This document shows positions 10,326-19,912 of a stretch of 64,000 bases of DNA, one piece after another. Under the pieces are notes generated by a model. The model was not told where the DNA came from. It saw nothing but the letters and a program-made list of their open reading frames with translations, and made no database searches. Both the position numbers and the translations under genes were made by a program. The DNA is from Candidatus Latescibacterota bacterium (lineage in GTDB: Bacteria > Latescibacterota > UBA2968 > GCA-2709665). Numbering within the stretch: the first letter of the stretch is position 1; each line of letters starts with the position of its first letter. Location of the stretch: the NCBI GenBank assembly GCA_965203805.1, contig OZ241917.1:192001-256000 (forward strand). Direction: 5' to 3'.

Positions 10326-11291
10326 ATGGATTCGCCTGGCATTTCTGCAGTCACCGTAGTCGGGGCGGGAACCATGGGCGCCGGTATCGCCGGCATGTTC
10401 GCCCGGAGGGGATGTTGCGTCCATCTCGTCGACCTGAGCGATGCGCTTTTGGATCGGGCCAGGGCGCGCCTGCGGCTGGGCCAGGAGGCGCTGGTCGAGG
10501 CCGGCCTGCTGTGCTCCCGCGACGCGGATGCGTCGGAATCGCGGGTGACAACGACGACGGACCTGGCCGAAGCGTGCGACGGGTCGGATTTTCTGCTGGA
10601 GGCGGTGACCGAAGACCTGGCGTTGAAGCAGGAGCTGTTCTCGGCATTCGACAGACTCTGTCCGCATGACACTGTTCTGGCCACCAATACGTCGGGCCTG
10701 TCGGTGACCGCCATTGCGGGCGCGACCGGTCGTCCGGAAAAGGTGGGCGGGATGCACTTCTGGAACCCGCCGCATCTGATTCCCCTGGTGGAAGTGATAC
10801 GCGCCGACACGACCTCCGACGAAACGGCCGAACGCCTGAAGGCGGTCGCCATCGGGCTGAACAAAAAACCGATCATGGTGCGGCGGGACATTCCCGGATT
10901 CGTGGGGAACCGCCTGCAGTTCGCCGTGGTTCGTGAGGCGCTGCATCTGCTTCAGGAAGGCGTGGCTTCCGCCGAGGATATCGATACCGCGATGACCGCG
11001 GGCCCCGGCCTTCGCTACAGTTTCCTTGGCCCGCTGCGGACCGCGGATCTGGGCGGACTCGATGTGTTTCGAGCCATCAGCAGTTATCTGTTCGCCAGTT
11101 TGAGCGTGGACCGGGAGGCGCCCGAGGCGTTGCACGCGCTCGTCGAGGACGGGAAGCTCGGCGCGAAGACGGGCGCGGGGTTTTACCGCTATTCTAACGC
11201 CGACCTGGGGCGGTTCATACAACATCGTGACCGGACCCTGCTGAGATTGACTGAGGTCCTGGAGGCGGAAGAGGGTGTGACCCATGGCTGA
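10326..11291 (+). CDS. 3-hydroxyacyl-CoA dehydrogenase family protein
   Basis: 'GAGTMGAGIA', 'EAVTEDLALK', 'NTSGL', 'HFWNPPHLIPLVE', 'GFVGNRLQ'. Confidence 0.92.
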   Translation: MDSPGISAVTVVGAGTMGAGIAGMFARRGCCVHLVDLSDALLDRARARLRLGQEALVEAGLLCSRDADASESRVTTTTDLAEACDGSDFLLEAVTEDLALKQELFSAFDRLCPHDTVLATNTSGLSVTAIAGATGRPEKVGGMHFWNPPHLIPLVEVIRADTTSDETAERLKAVAIGLNKKPIMVRRDIPGFVGNRLQFAVVREALHLLQEGVASAEDIDTAMTAGPGLRYSFLGPLRTADLGGLDVFRAISSYLFASLSVDREAPEALHALVEDGKLGAKTGAGFYRYSNADLGRFIQHRDRTLLRLTEVLEAEEGVTHG

Positions 11292-12282
11292 TCTGGCATC
11301 CGGCTCGGGCCCGCTGTTTACAGATCCGGACCCCGAGGAGGCGCGACGGGCCTTCCGGAAGAAACGCGCGGCCTTCGAAGACAAAGTGACGTCCGTTCAG
11401 GATGCAGTTGCACAATTCGTGAGAGACGGCGACTACGTCGCCTCGGGCGGGTTTGGCGCGAACCGGATTTCGACCGCGTGCATGCACGAGATCCTTCGGC
11501 AAGGCCGGCAGGATCTGGGTTTTGCCGGCCATACGACCACTCACGACTTCGAAATCCTGGCAGCAGGAAATCGAAGCGGCCGCAAGTTGCTGTCCCGGGT
11601 GGATGCGGCATATATCGTCGGACTGGAGGCAAGGGGGTTGTCGCCGCAAGCCAGGCGGACGATGCAAAGCGGCGAGGTCACCGTGTGCGAGTGGTCTAAC
11701 TTTGCCCTGGCGGCGCGCTTCCGGGCGGCGGCCGCGGGTGTGCCGTTTATGCCCATGCGGAGTCTGCTGGGCACGGACACCTTCAAGCGCAGTGCGGCGA
11801 AGGAAATCGTCTGTCCGTTCACGGGACATAGGCTTCTGGCCGTGCCCGCGCTGTATCCCGACGTCTCGTTTATCCACGTGCACGAAAGCGATCCCTGCGG
11901 AAATTGCCGGATTCGCGGGATTTCGGTGGCGGATTTCGACCTCGCGCGCGCCTCCAAACGCCTGGTCGTCACAACGGAGCGACTCGTCGGCACCGAAGAG
12001 ATCCGGCGGACGCCGGAGGCCACGGTGATTCCCGCGTTTTGCGTGGATGCGGTCTGCGAGGTACCGTTCGGTTCTTATCCGGGAAACATGGCGGGAGCGT
12101 ATTTCTCGGATGAGGACCATCTCACGGAATGGCTCGACGTCGAACGGGATGAAGACAGGTTTGACGCCTTTTTGCAGAAGTACATCTACGACGTGGAGCG
12201 CTTTGAGCAGTATGTACAGCTGTGCGGTGGGGCCGAACGCCTGAAGGAACTGCGGGATCTGGAGTTGCATCCGGAGTCCTGA
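11284..12282 (+). CDS. CoA transferase subunit A (glutaconate CoA-transferase-like)
   Basis: 'VRDGDYVASGGF', 'RAAAAGVPFMP', 'VPALYPDVSFIHV', 'VDAVCEVPFGSYP'. Confidence 0.88.
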   Translation: MADLASGSGPLFTDPDPEEARRAFRKKRAAFEDKVTSVQDAVAQFVRDGDYVASGGFGANRISTACMHEILRQGRQDLGFAGHTTTHDFEILAAGNRSGRKLLSRVDAAYIVGLEARGLSPQARRTMQSGEVTVCEWSNFALAARFRAAAAGVPFMPMRSLLGTDTFKRSAAKEIVCPFTGHRLLAVPALYPDVSFIHVHESDPCGNCRIRGISVADFDLARASKRLVVTTERLVGTEEIRRTPEATVIPAFCVDAVCEVPFGSYPGNMAGAYFSDEDHLTEWLDVERDEDRFDAFLQKYIYDVERFEQYVQLCGGAERLKELRDLELHPES

Positions 12283-12356
12283 TGGCCGCGCGGTCGTGCG
12301 TTCCGGCTGTTGAAGCGGACATTCACGGCCGTCAACGCGTTAAGGAGGAGAAGGGC

Positions 12357-13124
12357 ATGTCCGATTACAGCGCCACCGAACTGGCGATCTGCACGGCATC
12401 CAGAATGTTGGAGGACGGCGCCACGGTGGGCGTCGGAACCGGAGCGCCGTGCGCCACGGCGATGCTTGCGCAAAAACGTCATGCCCCGCATCTGCTGGTC
12501 GCGTTCGAAGCAGGCGGCCTCGCGCCGCTGTTGCCGTCCATGCCGATTTCAGTTGGGGATTCCAGGACGTTTTATCAGGCGCAGATGGCGACCAGTATGG
12601 GCGACGTCATGGAGGCGTGCCAGCGCGGGATGATGGATTACGCCTTCCTGGGCGGGGCTCAGATCGATCCGTTCGGCAACCTGAACTCAACGGTGATCGG
12701 GGATCACGGGCGTCCCAAAGTACGGTTTCCGGGCAGTGGCGGGGGAAACGACTTCGCCAGTCTGTGCTGGCGCACAATGGTCATGACGCAGCACGATCGA
12801 AGGCGGTTCGTGGAACGGCTGGATTTCCTGACCACGCCAGGCTTCCTTACGGGTCCCGGCGCCCGCGAGGAGGCGGGGTTGCCGCACGGCGGAGGGCCGT
12901 ATAAGGTGATCACGGACCTGGCGGTGATGGGGTACGATCCCGTTAGCTGCCGGATGCAGGTGGAGAGCCTGCATCCCGGGGTCACCTTCGAGACGGTTCA
13001 GGCAAACACCGGGTTCGAGTTGTCGCTGTCGCCCGGCGCGGGTGAAACAGCGGCACCTGAAGAGGACGAATTGCGCATCCTCAGGGATGAGGTGGATCCG
13101 TACCGGTATATCATCGGCAGATAG
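12357..13124 (+). CDS. CoA transferase subunit B (glutaconate CoA-transferase-like)
   Basis: 'VGVGTG', 'FEAG' (catalytic Glu), 'FLGGAQIDPFGNLNST', 'PGSGGGND'; AGGAG RBS upstream of the ATG at 12357. Confidence 0.88.
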   Translation: MSDYSATELAICTASRMLEDGATVGVGTGAPCATAMLAQKRHAPHLLVAFEAGGLAPLLPSMPISVGDSRTFYQAQMATSMGDVMEACQRGMMDYAFLGGAQIDPFGNLNSTVIGDHGRPKVRFPGSGGGNDFASLCWRTMVMTQHDRRRFVERLDFLTTPGFLTGPGAREEAGLPHGGGPYKVITDLAVMGYDPVSCRMQVESLHPGVTFETVQANTGFELSLSPGAGETAAPEEDELRILRDEVDPYRYIIGR

Positions 13125-13140
13125 AAGGCGGAGGATTCGA

Positions 13141-14004
13141 ATGGCATCCGTAGAGGAGATTTACCGTTTTGACGAGCTGACCTGGCCCGAGGTAAACGAA
13201 GCCGTGGCGATGGGCAAGATCCCCATAATTCCCACGGGCTCGGTCGAACAGCACGGGCACCATCTGCCGCTGAAGGTCGATCATCTCTGCGCCGACGCGG
13301 TGGCGACCGAGGCCGCGAGACGGAAGCCGGGCCTGAGCCTGGTATTGCCGCCGGTCAGCTACGGCTACGTCCACCACGTCATGGACTTTCCGGGGTCGTT
13401 GAATATTCATTTCGAGCATTTTATACAGTACGTTCTGGATATTTGCAAGAGCCTGGCCTATCATGGATTCAAGAAGATGATCCTGGTGAACGGCCACGGA
13501 TCCAACCACAACCTCGTGGACATGGTGGCCAGGCGCGCGATCGTCGAAACGGACGCGAGTTGCGTGTTCTGTTCCTGGTGGCAGTTGTTGAAAGTGAATC
13601 CGGACTTCGACAAGAAGTGGCGTGAGAGCGTCTTCCCGGGAGGCTGCGCCCACGCGGGCGAACTGGAAACGTCAATGATGTTGTACCTTGCGCCTGAAAG
13701 CGTGCGCAAGGACCGGATCAGGAGCGAGATTGCGAAAACGAACAAACTGGGGTCGAAGTTCGTCTGGACGGATCTGTTCGCCAAGGGTGCGATGGGACTG
13801 ATCGAATGGACCAGCCAGTATACCGACAGCGGTGTGATGGGCGAGGCCGAGAAGGCGACTGCGGAGAAGGGCAGGATCGTTTTCGAGGAAGCCAGCCGGA
13901 ATCTGGCGGAGTTCATTGAGGAATACCACGCGATGGAGATCGCCGGGCGTACGCCGCACCAGAAGGATGCGCCGACGTTTCCGCTCTCGTATCCCACGGA
14001 TTGA
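13141..14004 (+). CDS. Creatininase family amidohydrolase
   Basis: 'GSVEQHGHHLPLKVD', 'NGHGSN', 'HAGELETS'; GGAGG RBS before 13141. Confidence 0.92.
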   Translation: MASVEEIYRFDELTWPEVNEAVAMGKIPIIPTGSVEQHGHHLPLKVDHLCADAVATEAARRKPGLSLVLPPVSYGYVHHVMDFPGSLNIHFEHFIQYVLDICKSLAYHGFKKMILVNGHGSNHNLVDMVARRAIVETDASCVFCSWWQLLKVNPDFDKKWRESVFPGGCAHAGELETSMMLYLAPESVRKDRIRSEIAKTNKLGSKFVWTDLFAKGAMGLIEWTSQYTDSGVMGEAEKATAEKGRIVFEEASRNLAEFIEEYHAMEIAGRTPHQKDAPTFPLSYPTD

Positions 14005-14103
14005 ATTGACGTATCGGGAGCATGCTGCCGGGTTTTGCGGATGCTTCCTGAACATTCATGCAGATTTCCATTTCTGAAACAAGTGGAAAAAAGGGGGTGC
14101 AGA

Positions 14104-15072
14104 ATGAAGCTTGTAACCTTTGGGATTGGTAGAAACCGGTACGTCGGGGCCGTTACCGCCGATGGCGGAATCGTCGTGGATCTCGCGGCCGCAGAGAAGG
14201 AACTGGCCGGAAATCAGGGCCGGGAGCCCCGCGGAATTTTCGGCGAGATGCTCAGTCTGCTCGACGCGGGTGGGGCGGGGCTCCGCGCGGCGAAACAGGT
14301 ATCGCAATTTGCCGAAGACCGGTTGGGAGGTACGGCCGACGGCCGGCTTGGTCATCCGATCGGCCGCGTAAGGCTCAAGGCGCCTGTGCCGAATCCCCGA
14401 AAGGTGTTCTGCCTGGCGGGAAACTACCAGGACCATATTGAAGAGGGCGGCGGAAAAATGGCCGTCCAGGACAGGGAAACGCCGCGGGTCTTCATGAAGC
14501 CGCCGTCCACGACGGTGATCGGGCCCGGAGAGCGCATCCTGATTCCGCCCGTGGCCCGTTCGATCGACTGGGAGGGCGAACTGGCCGTGGTGATGGGGAG
14601 AAAGGCAAAGGCGGTCAAGGCGGAAGACGCGCTGAAATACGTGGCCGGCTATACGATAATGAACGACGTGTCCGAACGGGACCTCGTGATCAAAGAGCGG
14701 ACGGATAGCCGCGACCGAGACAAGTGGTTCGACTGGCTGAACGGAAAATGGCTGGATACGTTCGGACCCCAGGGGCCGTGGATCGTAACGTCCGATGAGA
14801 TTGAGGACCCCCAGGCGCTGGAGATCAGCACCTACGTGAATGGCGAGAGAAAACAGAACAACAACACGGGGCAGATGTTATATCCCGTTGATATGATCAT
14901 CGAATATATCTCGGCGATCATTACCCTCGAGCCGGGCGATCTGATCAGTACCGGCACCATTTCCGGAGTGGGCGCGACCACGGGAACCTTCATGAAGCCC
15001 GGTGACCGTGTGGAAATCGAAATCTCGGGAATCGGCGTGTTGCGGAACGGCGTGGCGGCAAGCAAGCGTTGA
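14104..15072 (+). CDS. Fumarylacetoacetate hydrolase family protein
   Basis: 'GNYQDH', 'DWEGELAVVMG', 'MNDVSERD', 'GKWLDTFGPQGP', 'PGDLISTGT'. Confidence 0.92.
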   Translation: MKLVTFGIGRNRYVGAVTADGGIVVDLAAAEKELAGNQGREPRGIFGEMLSLLDAGGAGLRAAKQVSQFAEDRLGGTADGRLGHPIGRVRLKAPVPNPRKVFCLAGNYQDHIEEGGGKMAVQDRETPRVFMKPPSTTVIGPGERILIPPVARSIDWEGELAVVMGRKAKAVKAEDALKYVAGYTIMNDVSERDLVIKERTDSRDRDKWFDWLNGKWLDTFGPQGPWIVTSDEIEDPQALEISTYVNGERKQNNNTGQMLYPVDMIIEYISAIITLEPGDLISTGTISGVGATTGTFMKPGDRVEIEISGIGVLRNGVAASKR

Positions 15073-15145
15073 CTTTGCAGCGGCTCGATGGATATTCTCG
15101 CCGCCGAAAAGACGCCTGTGCGTTCCGGTATAAGGGTACGGTGAA

Positions 15146-16177
15146 GTGGACGCGAAGAGTAAACGTAAGATCAACTGGTACAGGTGTCCCGTGGACAGGG
15201 ATACGCTGAACGCGCTGAATCGGCGCAGCGACTTCAAGGGGTTTCTGCAGACGCTGGGTCACCTCGGCTTGCTCACCCTGACGGGCGGGTTTGCCTGGTA
15301 CGCGTCGGAACACCTCGCGCTGGCTTTCCTGATCCTGGCCCTGTTCCTGCACGGGACCGGTTATGCATTTCTGCTGAACGGGTTTCACGAGTTCTGCCAT
15401 GGTACGGTGTTCAGATCGAGGTGGTTGAACGTGATATTTCTCAAGGTCTTCAGTTTCCTGGGCTGGTACAATCCCGTCTTTTTCTGGACCAGCCACTCGA
15501 AGCACCACCGGTTCACCCTGCATCCGCCGGACGATATGGAAGTCGTGCTTCCGGTGGAGATTACGCTCGGCAGTTTCCTCAAGGCCGCGGTTGTCAATCC
15601 CTGGGGTCTGTACAACAGATTGAAAGGGGTCGTTCGCCTGTGTTTCGGAAAGTTGGAGGGTCCGTGGGAGCATGTCCTGTTTCCGGAGTCGGACCCCGCG
15701 CTGCGGCGGCGTCTGTTTAACTGGGCGCGTATCCTGCTGGCGGGTCACGGGCTGCTCGCGGGCGTGTCGATCTATTCCGGTCTGTGGATGCTTCCGGTAT
15801 TGGTCACGTTGGCGCCGTTCTACGGCGGGTGGCTGCTGTTTCTCTGCAACAACACGCAACATGTGGGCCTCCGGGACAACGTGCCCGACTTCAGACTGAA
15901 CAGCCGGACTGTGATATTGAATCCGCTGTTTCGGTTTCTCTATTGGCACATGAACTACCACATCGAACATCACATGTACGCCGCGGTTCCGTGTTATCAC
16001 CTGGGAAGGCTGCACAAGATGATCAAACCCGAAATGCCGCGGTGTCAGGTCGGCCTCATCGCCTGCTGGAAGGAAATCATCGGCATTTTGAAAAAGCAGA
16101 AAACAGACTCCGGGTACCAGTATACGCCGGAACTCCCCCCGCGCGTTGAGAATTACGAGCCGGAGCCGGCCGATTAA
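15146..16177 (+). CDS. Membrane fatty acid desaturase family protein
   Basis: Three His boxes 'HEFCH', 'HSKHH', 'HIEHH' plus transmembrane segments. Confidence 0.88.
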   Translation: MDAKSKRKINWYRCPVDRDTLNALNRRSDFKGFLQTLGHLGLLTLTGGFAWYASEHLALAFLILALFLHGTGYAFLLNGFHEFCHGTVFRSRWLNVIFLKVFSFLGWYNPVFFWTSHSKHHRFTLHPPDDMEVVLPVEITLGSFLKAAVVNPWGLYNRLKGVVRLCFGKLEGPWEHVLFPESDPALRRRLFNWARILLAGHGLLAGVSIYSGLWMLPVLVTLAPFYGGWLLFLCNNTQHVGLRDNVPDFRLNSRTVILNPLFRFLYWHMNYHIEHHMYAAVPCYHLGRLHKMIKPEMPRCQVGLIACWKEIIGILKKQKTDSGYQYTPELPPRVENYEPEPAD

Positions 16178-16221
16178 CCCCCTCATCCGAAACCGCACCC
16201 CTTGAAGGGACCCGTCCTGCC

Positions 16222-17415
16222 GTGGCAGACCGCCCGAAGATCGCCGCCGTCGTTACCGAGTACCGCAAGTACTCCCATGCCCAGCATATCTGCGACCGCT
16301 TTCTCGAAGGTTACGGCTGGAACGGCCGGCATCACCGACCGCCCATGGACCTGGTCTCGCTCTACGTGGATCAGCGCCCGGAAGGCGACCTCAGCGGCGA
16401 GCGGGCCGCCCGTTTCCCCGGCGTGGTCATCTATCCCACCGTGGGCGATGCCCTGACCCGCGGCGGTTCGGACCTCGCCGTGGATGGCGTCCTTCTCGTG
16501 GGCGAGCACGGACAATACGGTACGAACGACAGGGGTCAGCATCTTTATCCGCGGTACGAGTTGTTCAAGCAGATCGCGGCTGTGTACCGCACGTCGGGCA
16601 GGAGCGCGCCGGTCTTCAACGACAAGCATCTGTCGTGGCGCTGGGACTGGGCGAAAGAGATGTACGATGTTTCACGGGAGATGGGTTTTGCCTTTATGGC
16701 GGGCTCGTCACTCCCGGTGACGTGGCGTACGCCCTCCATCGATATGCCGCTTGACGCCCGTGTGACCGAAGCCATGTGCATCGGTTACGGCGGCGTGGAC
16801 AGCTACGATTTTCACGCACTGGAGACCCTGCAGTGCATGGTCGAGCGGCGCCGGGGAGGCGAGACGGGCGTCCTGTGGCTCGACACGTTCCGGGGCGAAC
16901 GTTTCTGGAATGCGCATCATGATCGTGTCTGGTCACGGGAACTCTTCGAGTCCTGCCTGGCGCGCAGCCACACGCTGGCGCAGCCTCGCGCGGGTTTCAG
17001 CCATGTGCTACCCACACTGGACGAGATGAAGTCGCTCGAGGACGATCCCATCGCCTACCAGTACGAACACAACGACGGCCTGGTATCCACCATGATTCTG
17101 CTCAACGGCGTTGTGCGGGATTTCAATTTCGCGGCGCACCTGCCGGAGCGGCGCCATCCTCTGTCCACCCAGATGTACCTGCCCATGCCGCCCGCGTACA
17201 CGACCCTTGCGAATTTCTTTTCGCCTCAGGTCAATAATGTGGAACGCATGTTCCTCACGGGTATCGCCACATATCCCGTTGAGCGGACCCTGCTCACCAC
17301 GGGACTCGTGGCCGCGGGGGTGGAAGGTCTGAACCGGGACCAGGCACGGGTTCAGACGCCGCATCTGAACGTGGTATACCGGCCCAATCCCGAATCGACC
17401 TTCTGGAGGACGTGA
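16222..17415 (+). CDS. Conserved hypothetical protein (possibly Gfo/Idh/MocA-like oxidoreductase fold), paralog 1
   Basis: Long ORF with host-like codon use; shares many motifs with 17416-18630 ('SHAQHI', 'SLYVDQ', 'GEHG', 'YPRYE', 'VFNDKHLS', 'AGSSLPV', 'HALE', 'CMVERR'). Confidence 0.75.
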   Translation: MADRPKIAAVVTEYRKYSHAQHICDRFLEGYGWNGRHHRPPMDLVSLYVDQRPEGDLSGERAARFPGVVIYPTVGDALTRGGSDLAVDGVLLVGEHGQYGTNDRGQHLYPRYELFKQIAAVYRTSGRSAPVFNDKHLSWRWDWAKEMYDVSREMGFAFMAGSSLPVTWRTPSIDMPLDARVTEAMCIGYGGVDSYDFHALETLQCMVERRRGGETGVLWLDTFRGERFWNAHHDRVWSRELFESCLARSHTLAQPRAGFSHVLPTLDEMKSLEDDPIAYQYEHNDGLVSTMILLNGVVRDFNFAAHLPERRHPLSTQMYLPMPPAYTTLANFFSPQVNNVERMFLTGIATYPVERTLLTTGLVAAGVEGLNRDQARVQTPHLNVVYRPNPESTFWRT

Positions 17416-18630
17416 ATGGATTGCCGCGGAAAACAGGGCGCGCCGGCTGCCGCGCCACGGCGTCTCGCCGTGATCGCCACCATTTATCGCTACCTCTCCC
17501 ACGCGCAGCATATCGCGGACCGGTTCGAGGTCGGGTACCCGTATGAAGGGCGGTGGCGGTGGCCTGACACGCGCATCGTTTCGCTCTACGTAGACCAGAA
17601 GCCGGAGGGTGACCAGAGCCGGGACCGCGCAAGGGAATTCGGGTTTGACGTCTACGACACCATATCCCGGGCGCTTCGCTGCGGCACCGACCGGCTGGCC
17701 GTGGATGCGGTGTTGATCATCGGGGAGCACGGCGAATACCCGAATAACGACAAGGGGCAGAAACTCTATCCGCGGTATGAGTTCTTCAAGGAGTGCGTCA
17801 GGGTCTTTGAGCAGGACGGTGTTGCCGTGCCCGTGTTTAACGACAAACACCTCTCCTACAGCTTTGGGAAAGCCCGCGAGATGGTGGCTGACTCCCGCCG
17901 CCTCGGGTTTCCGCTTCTGGCGGGGTCTTCGCTGCCCGTCAGCTATCGGTTGCCGGACCTGGAGTTGCCGCTGGACTGCGGCATTCAGGAGGCCCTGATG
18001 GTGGGGGTTGGCGGCTCCGATGCGATGGACTACCATGCACTCGAAGCCATGCAGTGCATGGTCGAACGCAGGCAGGGGGGCGAAACCGGCGTCAGGGCCG
18101 TGCAGATGATCGAGGGTGACGCCGTCTGGCGGGCGGGCGAGGAGGGCCGATGGACCAGGGAGTTGCTTGAAGCAGCCCTTTCGCGCAGCGATTCGCCTTG
18201 CGGCCTGCCCGAAGCAGACGGCCGCACCCGGGATCTCCTGGAGGCAGGGGAACTGCCGGGCCTCGCGAAAAATCCCGCGGCCTACTTTATCGAGTACCGG
18301 GACGGCTTGAGGGCGACGCTTCTCATGCTGAACGGGGCCGTGCGCGATTACTGCTTTGCGGCGCGGGTGGACGGATACGATACGCCGGCATCCACGCAGT
18401 TTCTCCTGTCACCCACGCCGAACGTCACCTATTCGGCCTGCTTGGTCCACAAAATCGTGGAGATGATAGAAAGTGGCGCGGCGCCGTACCCGCCTGAACG
18501 GACCCTCATCGTCTGCGGCATTCTCGAGGCCTGTCTTACATCCAGATTGCAGGGCGAGACACGCCTGGAGACGCCCCACATCGACGTGGCCTACCAGGCG
18601 CCCGCGGAGTCTCACCACGCGAAGGCTTGA
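17416..18630 (+). CDS. Conserved hypothetical protein, paralog 2 of 16222-17415
   Basis: Starts immediately after the paralog's stop codon; same motif series. Confidence 0.75.
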   Translation: MDCRGKQGAPAAAPRRLAVIATIYRYLSHAQHIADRFEVGYPYEGRWRWPDTRIVSLYVDQKPEGDQSRDRAREFGFDVYDTISRALRCGTDRLAVDAVLIIGEHGEYPNNDKGQKLYPRYEFFKECVRVFEQDGVAVPVFNDKHLSYSFGKAREMVADSRRLGFPLLAGSSLPVSYRLPDLELPLDCGIQEALMVGVGGSDAMDYHALEAMQCMVERRQGGETGVRAVQMIEGDAVWRAGEEGRWTRELLEAALSRSDSPCGLPEADGRTRDLLEAGELPGLAKNPAAYFIEYRDGLRATLLMLNGAVRDYCFAARVDGYDTPASTQFLLSPTPNVTYSACLVHKIVEMIESGAAPYPPERTLIVCGILEACLTSRLQGETRLETPHIDVAYQAPAESHHAKA

Positions 18631-18655
18631 CAGGTTCAGCACCACGAGTCTTGAT

Positions 18656-18690
18656 CCCGGGCAAACCGGCAGTATGTCCGGGTTTCTTTA
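18656..18690 (+). terminator. Possible intrinsic terminator
   Basis: CCCGGGCA...TGTCCGGG stem (one G-U pair) followed by TTTCTTTA, just after the stop at 18630. Confidence 0.4.
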
Positions 18691-18793
18691 TTGCCTGCAG
18701 GATTACTGCTGCGAAACCGCGGGATTTTTTATACTATTATGGAAACGAGTCGGGCGATTGATTGACGGACGTCGAACACACGGGAGGTGTGCC

Positions 18794-19891
18794 ATGAAAA
18801 TGCAGGCATCGGTACTGTTGGAACCCCTCAGGCCCCTGGTCGTGGAGGATCTGGAACTTGAAGGGCCGAAGCAGGACGAAGTCATGGTGCGGATGGTGGC
18901 CAGCGGGGTCTGTCACAGCTGTCTGCACGTGGTGGACGGAGGCTGGAAGGGGTTTCCGATGCCCATGGTGCTCGGCGATGAAGGGGCCGGTGTGGTCGAG
19001 GAGGTGGGGCCCGGCGTGACGAACGTGAAGCCGGGCGATCACGTGATCCTCTCTTGGGCGCCCACCTGCGGGCGCTGCCACTATTGTGTGACCGGGTTGT
19101 CGCACCTTTGCGAACGCGGGGTTCCGTCCAACGGCGTGTTGATGGATGGCACCTCGAGAATGAAACTGAGGGGTGAAACGGTTTACCACTACGGGCCGGC
19201 GTGCAGCTTTTCTTCCTATTCCGTAATGCCGGCGTCGTGCGCGGTGCCCATTCGCCAGGATATGCCGCTCGACGTGGCCGCGCTGATCGGATGTTCTGTA
19301 ATGACGGGCGTGGGTTCGGTGATCAACACCGCCGCGGTGACGCCGGGGGAGAGCATGGCGGTTTTCGGCGCGGGCGGCATCGGCCTGAACGCGGTCCAGG
19401 GCGGAACGCTGGTGCAGGCCCATCCCATCATCGCCGTGGACATCAATCCCGCGAAGCTGGAATACGCGAAGTCGTTCGGCGCCACCCACACGATCAACGC
19501 CGCCGAGGGTGATCCGGTGGAAGCGATCCGCGACATTACGGGACGCGGGGCCGACCATTCGTTCGTGGCCGTGGGAGAGCCGCGGGTGATCAACCAGGCG
19601 TGGGACTGTCTGGCATCCCGGGGACAGTGCGTGCTGATCGGGCTTCCGCCAACCGGATCCACGGTGACCTTCGATACGGGCAATCTCCAGTCGAACGAAC
19701 GCATCATGCGGGGATCCAAATACGGAAGCGCGAGGACGTGGGACGATTTTCCCCGGATGGTCGAGCTCTACCTGGCAGGAAAACTGAAGATAGACGAACT
19801 GGTGACCCGGAAATACGGCGTGGATGAAGCGAACGAGGCGTTCGATGCGCTTACGGCAGGCGAGGTGGCTCGGGGCCTGATCGTCTTCTGA
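18794..19891 (+). CDS. Zn-dependent alcohol dehydrogenase (class III-like MDR)
   Basis: 'GVCHSC', 'LGDEGAG', structural Zn site 'CGRCHYC...C', 'GCSVMTG', 'GAGGIG'; GGAGG RBS. The usual GHE motif reads GDE. Confidence 0.9.
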   Translation: MKMQASVLLEPLRPLVVEDLELEGPKQDEVMVRMVASGVCHSCLHVVDGGWKGFPMPMVLGDEGAGVVEEVGPGVTNVKPGDHVILSWAPTCGRCHYCVTGLSHLCERGVPSNGVLMDGTSRMKLRGETVYHYGPACSFSSYSVMPASCAVPIRQDMPLDVAALIGCSVMTGVGSVINTAAVTPGESMAVFGAGGIGLNAVQGGTLVQAHPIIAVDINPAKLEYAKSFGATHTINAAEGDPVEAIRDITGRGADHSFVAVGEPRVINQAWDCLASRGQCVLIGLPPTGSTVTFDTGNLQSNERIMRGSKYGSARTWDDFPRMVELYLAGKLKIDELVTRKYGVDEANEAFDALTAGEVARGLIVF

Positions 19892-19912
19892 CCGCGGACG
19901 AACGGAGTAAGG

